Assembly: GCA_963699755.1 (NCBI GenBank)
Contig: CAVOVB010000008.1
Coordinates: forward strand, 1-64,000
DNA length: 64,000 nt
DNA from: an uncultured delta proteobacterium
GTDB lineage: Bacteria > Myxococcota_A > Polyangia > Polyangiales > Houyiibacteriaceae
Reading direction: 5' to 3'
Shown: one piece after another, positions 8,172 through 19,563 of the stretch
Layout: each line of letters begins with the position of its first letter
Position numbering within the stretch: the first letter of the stretch is position 1
The notes under the pieces: model-generated
What the model saw: the letters and a program-made list of their open reading frames with translations, nothing else
The model's database searches: none
What the model was told of the DNA's origin: nothing
Made by a program: the position numbers and the translations under genes

Positions 8172-9091
8172 TCAAACATGCATCATCGGGAGTCCGTAAT
8201 CGAGCAGCATCCGATGGCTCTTCGAGATGAGGAGCTTGCTGGAGCGGCCTCCGGGAGGCTCGACGAACCGGAAAACCTGGGGCGAAGCGCCTGCGGTCTC
8301 CCGAGCGAGCTCCGCGATTTGATGTGACGTCCCTGATACCGACACCACCCCACCTGCACCCGCATTCCGTGCAGATTTGATTGCAGAGTTGAAATCCGTT
8401 GTGCCTGCAACCCGCGCCTCGCTATCGCCAGGCACGGACTTCAAATGAACCACAACCTGGTCGTGTCGGGGCTCGTAGGCCTGGCGCAGCGCCTGCGGTA
8501 GGTGGCTGTCGTCGTTGTGGGCGATCAGCTCGACCCGCTCGCCAGAGAACCGAAGGGTGGTGCGGCCGGTATTCCGCATCCGGCCGAGCGGCCAGGGGAA
8601 CCGGTCGCGAACCCCAAGGAGGCCCGAGAGGATGGCAGCGATGATACCGCCATGGGTGAATACGATTGCCCGGCCGTCCGCTGGGATCCGCCCGCGTAGG
8701 TCAGCCAAGGCGGCGTCCGCTCGCCGAAACACCTCCGGCCAGCTCTCTCCGCCGCCGATTGCAAAGGTCCGCCGGTCTTTCAAGGCTGCGATTTGCGCTG
8801 GGAAGCGCTCGACGACCTGCTCCATGGTCAGGCCCTCCCACTCGCCTACGTGGATCTCACGCCAGGCCTGATCGTGCTCTACATCGACGCCCACGGACTT
8901 GGCGGTGTCGGCGGCCCGGCTCAAATCGGAGCTGAGCACCAGGTCGTAACGTTCCCCGAGAAGCGCAGCGCCGAGCGCTTCGACCTGGGTGCGCCCCATG
9001 TCGCTCAGCGGAGAGTCCCCTTGACCCTGCCAGACACCGTTGGCGTTCGACACCGACTGCCCGTGCCGAACGAGGCAGACTTCAACCCCGC

Positions 9092-9095
<4 letters not shown>
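8172..9095 (-). CDS. Histidine phosphatase (phosphoglycerate mutase-like) family protein
   Basis: [36 protein letters not shown] overlaps the clpP stop (ATGA). Confidence 0.9.
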
Positions 9096-9715
<620 letters not shown>

Positions 9716-9790
9716 GTCCTGAACCTAGTCCCTCCAGCCCTAGCTGCAATCCGGATTTTGAGGAGCAGGGTTCGGCGCTATGTTGAGAAG

Positions 9791-10942
9791 ATGCTGCCGC
9801 CCTCCATCGACATGGTCCGCCAGTTGGTCGCGACGCCTTCGGTGAGCTCGCCGGATCAGCGCTTCGATCAGTCGAACCGCGGTGTCATCGAGCTGCTCGC
9901 AGAATGGGCTGCCGGCCTGGGCTTCGTGGTGCGGATCGAATCGCTGGCGGGGGACCCCGGCAAGGCCAACCTGATCGCCACCCTCGGCGAAGGCGAGGAT
10001 GGGCTCGTGCTTTCGGGACACACCGACACGGTTCCCTTCAACGCCGAGCGCTGGACCGACGACCCGCTCGTCTTGACGGAGCGCGAGGGAAAGCTCTTCG
10101 GGCTCGGCACGGCCGACATGAAGGGCTTCTTCGCTGCGGCGCTTCATGCGGTCTCGCGCTTCGATCCCACTGCGATTCGACGGCCGATCACGATTCTCGG
10201 CACGGCTGACGAGGAGAGCACGATGAACGGTGCGCGCGCCCTGGCCGAAAAGGGTGAGCGTCTTGGAAGGTATGCGATCATCGGTGAGCCAACGGGTCTC
10301 CGACCGATTCGCAAGCACAAGGGCGTGTTCTGTGTGCGGGTCACCGTGGGCGGCAAAGCTGGCCATGCCAGCAATCCTGCACTCGGTGTGAACGCCATCG
10401 AAGGGCTGCAGCGGGTGATCGCGGCTTTGCAGTCGTGGCGGGACAAGATTGGGGATCGCTATCACGACGAGGACTTCGAGGTTCCGACACCGACGCTGAG
10501 CTTCGGACGCATCAGTGGTGGCGACAGCCCCAATCGAATTTGCGCCGAGTGCACGCTCGAGGTTGACATTCGCTTGCTTCCCGGGATGGAGCGGCAAGCG
10601 GTGGTCGTCGAGCTTCGCGACGTCGTGGCGACCGCTTTGGCCGAAGGAAGCTGGACGTCCGATCTCCGCGCGGTCGGGGGCCATGCAGACGCGTTCTCGG
10701 GCCCTTCGGACGTCGCATTCACAGGCACCGTCGAGACCTTGTGCGGGTGTTCAGCCGAGAGTGCGCTCTTCGGAACCGAGGCGCCCTATCTCGCGGAATT
10801 GGGACTTCAGACGCTGGTTCTCGGCGCGGGCGACATTGCCGTGGCGCACCAGCCCGACGAATATGTCACGATTGCAGCAATTGAGCGTGCCACCGATTTG
10901 TACGCAAGACTGATTCAACGCTTCTGTACCGACGCGCCATGA
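9791..10942 (+). CDS. argE: Acetylornithine deacetylase (M20)
   Basis: LSGHTDTVP, GLGTADMKGF, ADEES, IIGEPT, AHQPDE; coupled to argA. Confidence 0.92.
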   Translation: MLPPSIDMVRQLVATPSVSSPDQRFDQSNRGVIELLAEWAAGLGFVVRIESLAGDPGKANLIATLGEGEDGLVLSGHTDTVPFNAERWTDDPLVLTEREGKLFGLGTADMKGFFAAALHAVSRFDPTAIRRPITILGTADEESTMNGARALAEKGERLGRYAIIGEPTGLRPIRKHKGVFCVRVTVGGKAGHASNPALGVNAIEGLQRVIAALQSWRDKIGDRYHDEDFEVPTPTLSFGRISGGDSPNRICAECTLEVDIRLLPGMERQAVVVELRDVVATALAEGSWTSDLRAVGGHADAFSGPSDVAFTGTVETLCGCSAESALFGTEAPYLAELGLQTLVLGAGDIAVAHQPDEYVTIAAIERATDLYARLIQRFCTDAP

Positions 10943-12258
10943 GCCCCAAAGTCGACCCATTCGTCCAACACTTCCGCGGAAGCGCGCCGTACATCCACGC
11001 GCACCGCGGGCGCACGTTCGTGATCATGTTCGGCGGCGAGGCCGTGGCTTCGAAGGACTTGCGGACCCTCCTCTATGACGTCGCGCTGCTGCATTCGCTC
11101 GGCGTGCGGATCGCGCTGGTCGCGGGCGCGCGCCCACAAATCGACGAGGCCTTGGCGCGGCGCGGTGCGGAGCCTCGTTTCGAGGGCGACCTGCGCATCA
11201 CCGATGAGCTTGCGCTTCAGTGTGTGAAAGAAGCGGTCGGTGCGACGAGGGTAGAGCTCGAGGCGCTTCTCTCGATGGGATTGCCGAACTCGCCGATGGC
11301 GGGCGCCCGGATGCGTGTCGCAACCGGAAACTTCGTCATGGCGCAGCCGATCGGCGTCGTCGATGGCGTCGACTACCAGTACACGGGCAAACCCCGACGA
11401 GTGGACGCCGAAGCGATTCGGCAGCGGCTCGATGACGGCGCTATCGTCGTGCTCACCCCTATCGGATACTCGTCGACTGGAGAGTGCTTCAACATCAGCA
11501 GCCACGATGTCGCTGCTGCGACTGCGATCGCGCTCGGTGCGGACAAGTTGATCGGCCTCCTCGAAGGGCAAGGAGTTATCGGCACGGACGGCTCGCACCC
11601 GTCTCAGCTCACCCCGCTCGAAGCCCAGCGTCTCCTGAGCTCGGGCCGCAATCTCGGCCATGACGTCGAGCGCCACCTGACTGCGGCCGTCGAGGCCTGC
11701 CAAGGCGGGGTGCCGCGCGCACATCTGGTTGCGCGACAAAGTGACGGCGCGTTGCTTCGTGAGCTGTTCACCCGCGACGGCGTCGGGACGATGGTGACCT
11801 CGGAGACCTTCGAAGGGGTGCGCGCGGCGGTCCAAGGCGACATCGGCGGCATCCTGGCATTGATCCAGCCGCTCGAAGACGCTGGAATCCTGGTGCGGCG
11901 TCCGCAGGCGATGCTGGAAAACGACATCGACAAGTTCACGGTGATCGAACGCGATGGCATGCTTATCGCTTGCGCCGCGCTCTACGCGTATCCGGACGAG
12001 TCGATTGCCGAGTTGGCTTGCCTCGTCGTGCATCCGGACTACCGCGCCGCGGGCCGTGGGGACCAGTTGCTGCAGTACCTCGAGCGCCAATGCGATGCTG
12101 AAGGGCTGCGCCGCCTCTTCGTCCTCACGACCCAGACGTCGCACTGGTTTCGGGAGCACGGCTTCGACAACTGCGAGCTCAACGAGCTTCCCGAGAGGCG
12201 GCGCTCGCTCTACGACCAAGGTCGCCAGTCGAAGATCCTGCTCAAGTCGCTCGACTGA
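10939..12258 (+). CDS. argA: Amino-acid N-acetyltransferase (AAK + GNAT)
   Basis: FRGSAPYIHAHRGRTFV, GALLRELFTRDGVGT, ELACLVVHPDYR, LFVLTTQTSHWF. Confidence 0.97.
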   Translation: MSPKVDPFVQHFRGSAPYIHAHRGRTFVIMFGGEAVASKDLRTLLYDVALLHSLGVRIALVAGARPQIDEALARRGAEPRFEGDLRITDELALQCVKEAVGATRVELEALLSMGLPNSPMAGARMRVATGNFVMAQPIGVVDGVDYQYTGKPRRVDAEAIRQRLDDGAIVVLTPIGYSSTGECFNISSHDVAAATAIALGADKLIGLLEGQGVIGTDGSHPSQLTPLEAQRLLSSGRNLGHDVERHLTAAVEACQGGVPRAHLVARQSDGALLRELFTRDGVGTMVTSETFEGVRAAVQGDIGGILALIQPLEDAGILVRRPQAMLENDIDKFTVIERDGMLIACAALYAYPDESIAELACLVVHPDYRAAGRGDQLLQYLERQCDAEGLRRLFVLTTQTSHWFREHGFDNCELNELPERRRSLYDQGRQSKILLKSLD

Positions 12259-12373
12259 CGTATCTCCTCTGAAGCACACTGCTTTCCGTTGATGCTTGGA
12301 TGGGATTGCGAATCGTGCTACTCGTCTCCGAATTCGCCCAAACAGGACTTGAATCGTCCTTGATACGCCCAAA

Positions 12374-14761
12374 ATGAAGCAGGCTGAGCTCAATCCAAGC
12401 CCCGAAGTCGGTGCTCCTCTGCAAGATGAGGAGATGGACGAAATCGTGGGTCAGGAGGAGAAGGTCCTCGCCCGCGTGCATCGAACCGCCGCGGCCAGGC
12501 GACCTTCGCACCGCGGTCAGCTCATCGACTACGATTCGGAGCTGATCGCGCTCCGGGACCAGATTCGTGAGGCGCGGCTCGAAGACATCCCGCCGCTGGT
12601 CGAGGAGATGGAACGGCTTCAGCAAGTGGCGCAGCGCCGGGCCAAGGTCAGCGAGGGCGTGGTCGACCAGATGTCGCCGTACTTCGGTCGAATGATCCTC
12701 GAAGAGGAGGGTCGCAAGCGCGAGATCTTGATCGGCCGCAGTACGTTTCTCGATTCGAAGACCGGCGTGCGCATCGTCGACTGGCGCGACGCGCCGGTTA
12801 GCCGAGTTTACTACCGGTACGAAGAAGGCGATGACTACGACGAGATATTTGGCGACCGGGCTGTTGAAGGTGAAGTGCTCCTCCGTCGCAACCTGTCGAT
12901 CACCGGTGGCAAGCTGCGTCGCATCGGCGCTCCGCAAGGTACGTTCCGGCGTTCGCGGGACGACGTGTGGAACCGCATCGCGGACCAGGCGACGAAGCTT
13001 TCCGGCGGGCAGGGCGCGGCGATGCGGCCGGAGTCGCATCATCGGCCTGGCGAGCTCGGTATTGGTGACGACGATCTACGCGAGGACAAGCATCTTTCCG
13101 AGATCACTGCGCTCATCGATGCGCGCCAGTTCGAGCTGATCAGCCAGCCCACTTCGGGTCTGGTCGTGATTCAAGGTGGGGCCGGCAGCGGCAAGACGAC
13201 GATTGGGCTTCATCGGCTCGCGTACCTCGCGTTCCAGGATTCGCAGCGCTTTCGCGCGGACCACATGCTGGTCATCGTTTTCAACGATGCGCTGGTTCGG
13301 TACATCTCGCGCGTCCTTCCGGCCCTTGGCGTCGAGGAGGTGCCGGTGCAGACCTTCCAGCGATGGGCCGAGCAGCAACGGCGCCGGCACATTCCAAAGC
13401 TCACCACGCGCTACGTCGAAGACACACCGACCTATGTCGTTCGCTTGAAAAAGCACCCGGCGATGCTCCGCGCGATCGAACAGTACGTCGCCGACCTCAC
13501 CGAGCGCGCCGAGGCCGAAATCCTCGACGAAGCCAAGCGAGGGGAGGGCTTTGATTCGGTAAGCAGAATTTGGCACGGCACGGCATCCGAGCCGCTCGGC
13601 GTCCGGCTCGAGCTTCTCTTGCAGTGGCTGCAGGAGGGCGGCGGGGAAGATCAACGGGTGTCGGTTGGCACCCGGCACGCGCTCGGGCGAATCTGCCATC
13701 ATTGGACTGCGCGCACGCGAGATGTCGTGACGGCCTGGGCGGATCTGGTGACCGACCGGGAGCGTCTCGTCAGTGCGTTCAAGCGGTGGGCGCCGGACGC
13801 TCTCACCGACAAGGAGATCGAATGGGCGCATTCGTGGTGCAGCCGGCATTCGACGGCGGTCCTTATGGCGTACGAGGAGTCGGCCGAAGAAGATGACGAG
13901 TCGCACCAGAGCAGCCTTGGCGCCGATGGCCTCGAGAACGATGAGCCGGCAGAGCTCGACCGGGAAGACGACGCGCTCCTCCTGCGAATCTTTCAGAATC
14001 TTCGAGGTCCGCTCTCGGGGTCTCGGGGTACGCTCGAATACGAGCACATCTTCATCGACGAGGCACAAGACATGAGCCCAGTCGAGCTTGCGGTCGTGCT
14101 CGACACAGCGACCGAGCAGCAGAGCGTGACGCTGGCGGGAGACGTAGCGCAGAAGCTTCACTTGGACAACGGCTTTAGCGATTGGCGGCACGTGCTCGAG
14201 GAGCTGAAGCTCGACCACATCGAAATCGAACCGCTCAAGCTCAGCTACCGCGCGACACACGAGATCCTCGAGTTCGCGACCGACGTCCTCGGGCCGCTCC
14301 GGAACGAAGTTTCAGGAGAGGCGATTCGATACGGTGCGCCGGTCGAGCTGTTCCAATTTGGCGGCAGCGGCGAAGCGGTCGGCTTCCTTTCCGAGGCGCT
14401 GCGCAACCTCGTCAGCTCGGAGCCCCTGTCCTCGATCGCCGTGATCGCCCGCTATCCCGAGCAGGCGGACGTCTACTACAGCGGCCTTCGGCATGGCGAG
14501 GTGCCGAATCTGCGCCGTATCGCCGAGCAGGATTTCCCCTTCCGGCCAGGGGTCGATGTCACCGATGTGCGACAGGTGAAGGGCCTGGAGTTCGACTACG
14601 TGGTCATCGTCGAGTGCAATCGGTCCTCGTTCCCAGTCGACGACGAGACCCGGCATCTGCTCCACATCGCCGCCACCCGGGCTGCGCACCAGCTCTGGGT
14701 CTTCTCAACGGGCCGTCCCTCGCTCCTGCTGCCCGAAGCACTGGTCCGGGCGTCTGAGTAG
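12374..14761 (+). CDS. HelD-like / UvrD-family SF1 ATPase
   Basis: SPYFGRM and IVDWRDAPVSRVYY (HelD N-terminal motifs), Walker A GGAGSGKTT, FIDEAQD, GDVAQ, KGLEFD, AATRA. Confidence 0.8.
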   Translation: MKQAELNPSPEVGAPLQDEEMDEIVGQEEKVLARVHRTAAARRPSHRGQLIDYDSELIALRDQIREARLEDIPPLVEEMERLQQVAQRRAKVSEGVVDQMSPYFGRMILEEEGRKREILIGRSTFLDSKTGVRIVDWRDAPVSRVYYRYEEGDDYDEIFGDRAVEGEVLLRRNLSITGGKLRRIGAPQGTFRRSRDDVWNRIADQATKLSGGQGAAMRPESHHRPGELGIGDDDLREDKHLSEITALIDARQFELISQPTSGLVVIQGGAGSGKTTIGLHRLAYLAFQDSQRFRADHMLVIVFNDALVRYISRVLPALGVEEVPVQTFQRWAEQQRRRHIPKLTTRYVEDTPTYVVRLKKHPAMLRAIEQYVADLTERAEAEILDEAKRGEGFDSVSRIWHGTASEPLGVRLELLLQWLQEGGGEDQRVSVGTRHALGRICHHWTARTRDVVTAWADLVTDRERLVSAFKRWAPDALTDKEIEWAHSWCSRHSTAVLMAYEESAEEDDESHQSSLGADGLENDEPAELDREDDALLLRIFQNLRGPLSGSRGTLEYEHIFIDEAQDMSPVELAVVLDTATEQQSVTLAGDVAQKLHLDNGFSDWRHVLEELKLDHIEIEPLKLSYRATHEILEFATDVLGPLRNEVSGEAIRYGAPVELFQFGGSGEAVGFLSEALRNLVSSEPLSSIAVIARYPEQADVYYSGLRHGEVPNLRRIAEQDFPFRPGVDVTDVRQVKGLEFDYVVIVECNRSSFPVDDETRHLLHIAATRAAHQLWVFSTGRPSLLLPEALVRASE

Positions 14762-14938
14762 CCCAGTTGCCAGGGGCTGGAGCTTGGAGTTGCAGGATTC
14801 TTACGGGTGTGTAAGATCCCCAGAGCGGCGGTTGCGGCCTACACCGGGATCCACGGTAGATCGAGCAACGGCGCCGCTAGGGGAAACGCGCAACCTGCGC
14901 AGCTCCGTATAGGTCCCGCTAGCCACCAACGTCATTCG

Positions 14939-17900
14939 ATGGCCGACACTGCGATCCAAGAAACGGTAGTAGACGAAGAAAGCGCTCCCGAAGCACTTCC
15001 TGAGGAAGCTGCGTCGAGCTGGCGCGAGCCGACGACTTCGGTGGGCAGGAAGCTCGCTTCGATGAGTGACCGCGCGATTCAACGGGTGACTGGCGGCAAT
15101 GCGTTTCTGCGCGGCCGTCTCTATGCGCGCCGCAAGGCGGTCGAGAATCTGCAAGAGGACGAGCACACCGTCCGCGGCCAAATCTCGGTCCGAACGGCTG
15201 ATGAGCCGTACTACACGGAGGCGACCTACAGGGAAGAAGGGGACGCCTGGGAGTCGAGCTGCACCTGTCCGGGTTGGCGCGGGCCCACCGGGCACTGCAA
15301 GCACGTCGCCGCCGTGATGGTGGCCTTGCGCGACGAGGTGCGGCCGCCAAGGGTCAAGGGCCCTCAACAACAGCAGAGCAAGAAGAAGAGTAAGACCGAG
15401 CCCGTGCACGTGCCCGGGACGGTTTCGGTCGGTGGAAAGAGGCGGCGCTCGCGGCGACGGCGGCGCGGCGCGGCGAATGCGGAAGCAGGCGTGCTCGAAG
15501 TCCTCTCGCCGCGTGAGCTTCAGGCCAAGCGCGGCGAAGCACGGGGGCCGATGGATGCTTGGCTACCTGCGGAGGCGCTGGACAAGCCGCTCGAGTTCGA
15601 ATACCGGATGACGGTCCGTCCGGCCTCCATCACGGTGACGCCGGTTCTGGCGGGCTCGCGGAGCGTCGTGCCGATCAACGACGCGCTTGGCGCGTTCAAC
15701 ATGGTGTCGATTGACGAGCGTCCACTGTTTCGGGCTCTCGCCCGGAACACGAACCGGGGGCAGGCCACGACCGCGGAGCTTCGCGGGGAAGATGCCGCCG
15801 AGGTGCTGGAAATGCTCAGCGACAGGCGTGTGCTGCTCGAGCCGGCCTCGATGGAGCTTCGCTTCGCGAACGAGGCGCTGAAGCCACGGATCGAGCTGGA
15901 CCCCGCCAACGGCGACAGTCTGCGCGTGCGGGTCGTGTTCTACCTCGAGAGCAACAAGCGACGCTTTGCGCTGTCAAACGGCGCCTGGTTCGAAGGAACG
16001 CCTGGCTGGCAGATCGACACCACCGAGGGTGTGGCGAGGCCCTTGAGCGAGCTGGTGACGCCGGCTTGGCTTCAGCGGCTCTATCGCTCGCCTGCGATGG
16101 TGCAGTCTCACGAGGACTTGCCGGAGTTGCTCGGTGAGTCGATTCCTCGAGTGGCCGCGCTGCTCGGTGCGGAGCTCCCCGACTTGAGCTCGGTGGCGGA
16201 CCTAGTCGATCAGAAACCGCGCTTCGAGCTCAAGGCCAACGGCGACATCATCGATGCGCGCGTTCGGCTCTACGTCCGCTACGAGAACCAGGAGTTCGAC
16301 GTGCCACCTGACGAATTTCCGTCGCCGCTGGCGTTCCTGCCTCCCAAGCGAGGGCAGGGCCGGCCGCGAGTGGTGCGGCGCGACGTGGGCGCGGAGATGG
16401 CGGGTATCCAGGCGCTTCTGAACCAGAACTTCGAGGTTTCGGAGTCCGGGGAAGAGCTGGTGGCTTCGGGCGACGACGCGATTGCGTTTTGGACGCACGG
16501 GATCGGTGAGCTCCCCGAGGACTGGGACCGCTTCATCCCCGATGATCTGGTGGATGTTACGGTCCGAGACGAGTCGGTGACCCCGCAGATGCGCGTATCG
16601 AGTGGAGTCGATTGGCTCAATCTCGACATGAAGTTCGAATCGGGCGGCGCGGTCGTCCGCGAAGAGGAGCTTCGAGCTTGCCTCGAGCACGGACGTCGCC
16701 TGGTTCAGCTCGAGGACGGCACCTACGCGCCGGTCGATCCTGAGAAGGTCGGTGAGGTGCTCACGCGCATGGCGGAGATCTATGCAACCGCTGGCGTGCG
16801 AGACAAGCTCCCGCTCTCGCAGGTGGGGCGTGTGCAGGACCTCCTGAAAATGGTCCAGAACGCAAAGGTGTCGGCCTCCGCCAAGACGCTCTTCCAGAAG
16901 CTCGAAGACATCGACGAGATTCCGGCTGTCCCGAAGCCGCGGACACTCAAGGCGGAGCTTCGCCCGTACCAGAAGGACGGATTCTCGTGGCTCGTGTTTC
17001 TCCACGAGCTCAACAGCGGCGGCATCCTCGCCGACGACATGGGTCTCGGCAAGACTGTCCAGACGATTGCGCTGCTGCTTTGGGCGAAGAGCAAATACAA
17101 GCGCAAGCTCAACCTGGTGATTGCGCCGACCTCGGTCGCTCCGAACTGGGAGCGCGAGATCAAGAAGTTTGCTCCAGGGCTCAAGACTGTCGTCTGGCAG
17201 GGTCCCAATCGCAGTCAGCTGGCACCCGAGCTCGAAAAAGCCGACGTGATGATCACGAGCTACGCGCTGCTTCGCCGCGATGAGGAGCTCTTGCAGGCGC
17301 TGGACCTCCGCTACGTGATCCTCGACGAGGCGCAGCACATCAAAAACCCCATGAGCCAGACCGCGCGCTCCGCCAAAAAGCTGTCGAGTGAGCGAAGGCT
17401 GGCGCTGACCGGAACGCCGATTGAAAACCGGCTGAGCGAGCTTTGGAGCATCTTCGACTTCGTCTCGCCGGGGCTTCTCGGGCAGCTCAAGGTTTTCGAG
17501 GAACGCATCGCGCGGCCGATAGACCGTGGGGACATGGACACGGCGCAGCGATTGCGGGCGACGATCAAGCCTTTCGTCATGCGGCGTTTGAAGAGTGATG
17601 TGGCAGCGGATCTGCCAGACAAGATCGAGCAAGAGATGATCGTGCCACTCGCCGAAGAGCAGGCCAAGCTCTATAAGCAAGTTCTGGGTCAGGTGCGCAA
17701 GAGCGTCCTCAGCGAGGTCGAGAAGAAGGGCGTCAGCAAGGCCCACATACAGATTCTCGCGGCGCTCACTCGCTTGCGACAGGTCGCCTGCGATCCACGC
17801 CTCATGAAGTTGCCGGACACCAACTTCGAAGCAGATGACAGCGGCAAGCTTGGCGCGCTTCGCGAGATCGTCGACGAGGCCATTGACGGCGGCCACCGCG

Positions 17901-18349
17901 TGCTCATCTTCAGCCAATTCGTGGAGATGCTCAATCACATCCGGGCCGCCCTCGAGACCGACGGCGTGCGATACGAATATCTAGATGGCTCGACGAAGGA
18001 TCGCCTCGAAAAGGTCGACAGTTTCAATGAAGACGCCAGTATTCCCGTCTTCTTGATCTCACTCAAGGCGGGGGGCACCGGCCTGAACCTCACCGGCGCA
18101 GACACCGTCGTGCATTTCGACCCCTGGTGGAACCCTGCTGTCGAGGATCAGGCGACCGACCGAGCGCACCGCATTGGACAGACGCGCAACGTCAACGTCT
18201 ATAAGCTCATCGCCGCCGGCACGGTGGAGGAGAAGATTCTGGAGCTCTCTGCCAAGAAGCGAGACCTGGTCAGCAACGTCCTTTCCACCGAAGGCAGCCC
18301 GCTGACGGGCCTCACCAAGGCCGACGTGGAAAACCTCTTTAGCGAATAG
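14939..18349 (+). CDS. SWIM zinc finger SNF2-family ATPase
   Basis: SCTCP...CKHVAA SWIM; LADDMGLGKT, LDEAQHIKN, ALTGTPIEN, QATDRAHRIGQ; start placed at the first ATG. Confidence 0.93.
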   Translation: MADTAIQETVVDEESAPEALPEEAASSWREPTTSVGRKLASMSDRAIQRVTGGNAFLRGRLYARRKAVENLQEDEHTVRGQISVRTADEPYYTEATYREEGDAWESSCTCPGWRGPTGHCKHVAAVMVALRDEVRPPRVKGPQQQQSKKKSKTEPVHVPGTVSVGGKRRRSRRRRRGAANAEAGVLEVLSPRELQAKRGEARGPMDAWLPAEALDKPLEFEYRMTVRPASITVTPVLAGSRSVVPINDALGAFNMVSIDERPLFRALARNTNRGQATTAELRGEDAAEVLEMLSDRRVLLEPASMELRFANEALKPRIELDPANGDSLRVRVVFYLESNKRRFALSNGAWFEGTPGWQIDTTEGVARPLSELVTPAWLQRLYRSPAMVQSHEDLPELLGESIPRVAALLGAELPDLSSVADLVDQKPRFELKANGDIIDARVRLYVRYENQEFDVPPDEFPSPLAFLPPKRGQGRPRVVRRDVGAEMAGIQALLNQNFEVSESGEELVASGDDAIAFWTHGIGELPEDWDRFIPDDLVDVTVRDESVTPQMRVSSGVDWLNLDMKFESGGAVVREEELRACLEHGRRLVQLEDGTYAPVDPEKVGEVLTRMAEIYATAGVRDKLPLSQVGRVQDLLKMVQNAKVSASAKTLFQKLEDIDEIPAVPKPRTLKAELRPYQKDGFSWLVFLHELNSGGILADDMGLGKTVQTIALLLWAKSKYKRKLNLVIAPTSVAPNWEREIKKFAPGLKTVVWQGPNRSQLAPELEKADVMITSYALLRRDEELLQALDLRYVILDEAQHIKNPMSQTARSAKKLSSERRLALTGTPIENRLSELWSIFDFVSPGLLGQLKVFEERIARPIDRGDMDTAQRLRATIKPFVMRRLKSDVAADLPDKIEQEMIVPLAEEQAKLYKQVLGQVRKSVLSEVEKKGVSKAHIQILAALTRLRQVACDPRLMKLPDTNFEADDSGKLGALREIVDEAIDGGHRVLIFSQFVEMLNHIRAALETDGVRYEYLDGSTKDRLEKVDSFNEDASIPVFLISLKAGGTGLNLTGADTVVHFDPWWNPAVEDQATDRAHRIGQTRNVNVYKLIAAGTVEEKILELSAKKRDLVSNVLSTEGSPLTGLTKADVENLFSE

Positions 18350-18382
18350 GGCACAGCTCAAACCAGAAGTGTTCTTGGGTGG

Positions 18383-19099
18383 CTAGCGCGTCCCTATGTG
18401 GCGGGCGAAGAAGTCGAGGAGCGCGGACCAGGCCTTGGCTTCGGTGTCGGGATCGTAGAAGGCGCGGATAGGGGTGTAACGGCCTAGTGGGGCTAGGCGG
18501 CCTTCGAGTTGGTTCATGAAGGAGTGGCCGACTTGTTCGTAGATGTGGACTTCATGCTCGATGCCTAGCTCTTCGAGGTGACGGGCGAGGCGCTTTGCGT
18601 GGGGCAGAAAGACGGTGTCCTTGGCGCCAAACTGCGCAATTGTGGGGCAGAGGCCCTCGAGGCGCGAAGCCTTGTTCGGGACCGCGCCGTAGAACGGGGC
18701 AGCGACGGCGTAACAATGATCGGCGGCCGCTAGTAGGGCAAAGCCGCCGCCCATGCAGAAGCCGGCTACGGCGATGCGGCTGGCATCGACATCGTCTCTC
18801 GCGGCCAGGGCTTTCCGGCTTGCTTCGATCACTTCGTAAGCGAAGCCCTTGCCCGTCGTCATCGATGTGAGTGTCTTGACGACGCAGCCCGGATGGCCTC
18901 CTTGATAGAGATCCGGTCCAATCGCGACGTATCCGGCGTCGGCAAATCGCCGGCAGTGCCGCTTGAGATCAGCCGTGAAGCCATAGATGTCGTGAATGAC
19001 GACGACGCCGGGGAAGGGCGCCGATCCCGTGCTGGGGATCGAGAGGGCCGCCTCATGGCTCTGTCCCGGAGCAACCGAGATGGAAATGGATTGCACCAT
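18383..19099 (-). CDS. Dienelactone hydrolase family protein
   Basis: GVVVIHDIYG, GFCMGG nucleophile, GHSFMN. Confidence 0.92.
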   Translation of the reverse strand: MVQSISISVAPGQSHEAALSIPSTGSAPFPGVVVIHDIYGFTADLKRHCRRFADAGYVAIGPDLYQGGHPGCVVKTLTSMTTGKGFAYEVIEASRKALAARDDVDASRIAVAGFCMGGGFALLAAADHCYAVAAPFYGAVPNKASRLEGLCPTIAQFGAKDTVFLPHAKRLARHLEELGIEHEVHIYEQVGHSFMNQLEGRLAPLGRYTPIRAFYDPDTEAKAWSALLDFFARHIGTR

Positions 19100-19149
19100 G
19101 CTCGCCGATCATGTGCCAGCGAAGCCCCGCGGTCGATTCGAAGCATCTA

Positions 19150-19563
19150 CTATTCGCGGTGCAAGCGCCAGCGTTGGTGGGATGCTGCGCGTCGCATTTC
19201 GTTTCGCCTCGCGATGGGATCTCGCAGTGGGGTGCTCCGCAGGCGATTGACTTCCTCGGCGGTGTACGCGGGGCTCGGCTTTTGTCCGGCGAACCGTTCG
19301 ACCAGCCAGTTCATCAGTGCGGCTAGTCGCGCATCCGTGAGTGGTGCCTGCGCGGCGCCGGGGACTCGTACCCAGTACGCGCGGGCGCCTGGCATCTCGC
19401 TGAGCTCCCTCATTCCACGCAACGAGGGGACGGCCCTCGATCCACTGCCGTCCATTCGGTGGCAGCCCGCGCAGTTCAACAGGTAGTCGTGCTCTTCGTA
19501 CGATTCCGCGCTGGCCGGCCGTGCCAGCAGCAAGAACCCAGTCAGCGCGAGCAGGCGCTTCAT
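19150..19563 (-). CDS. Periplasmic monoheme cytochrome c
   Basis: Signal peptide MKRLLALTGFLLLARPASA, CAGCH heme motif; ATG overlaps the mauA stop. Confidence 0.85.
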   Translation of the reverse strand: MKRLLALTGFLLLARPASAESYEEHDYLLNCAGCHRMDGSGSRAVPSLRGMRELSEMPGARAYWVRVPGAAQAPLTDARLAALMNWLVERFAGQKPSPAYTAEEVNRLRSTPLRDPIARRNEMRRAASHQRWRLHRE

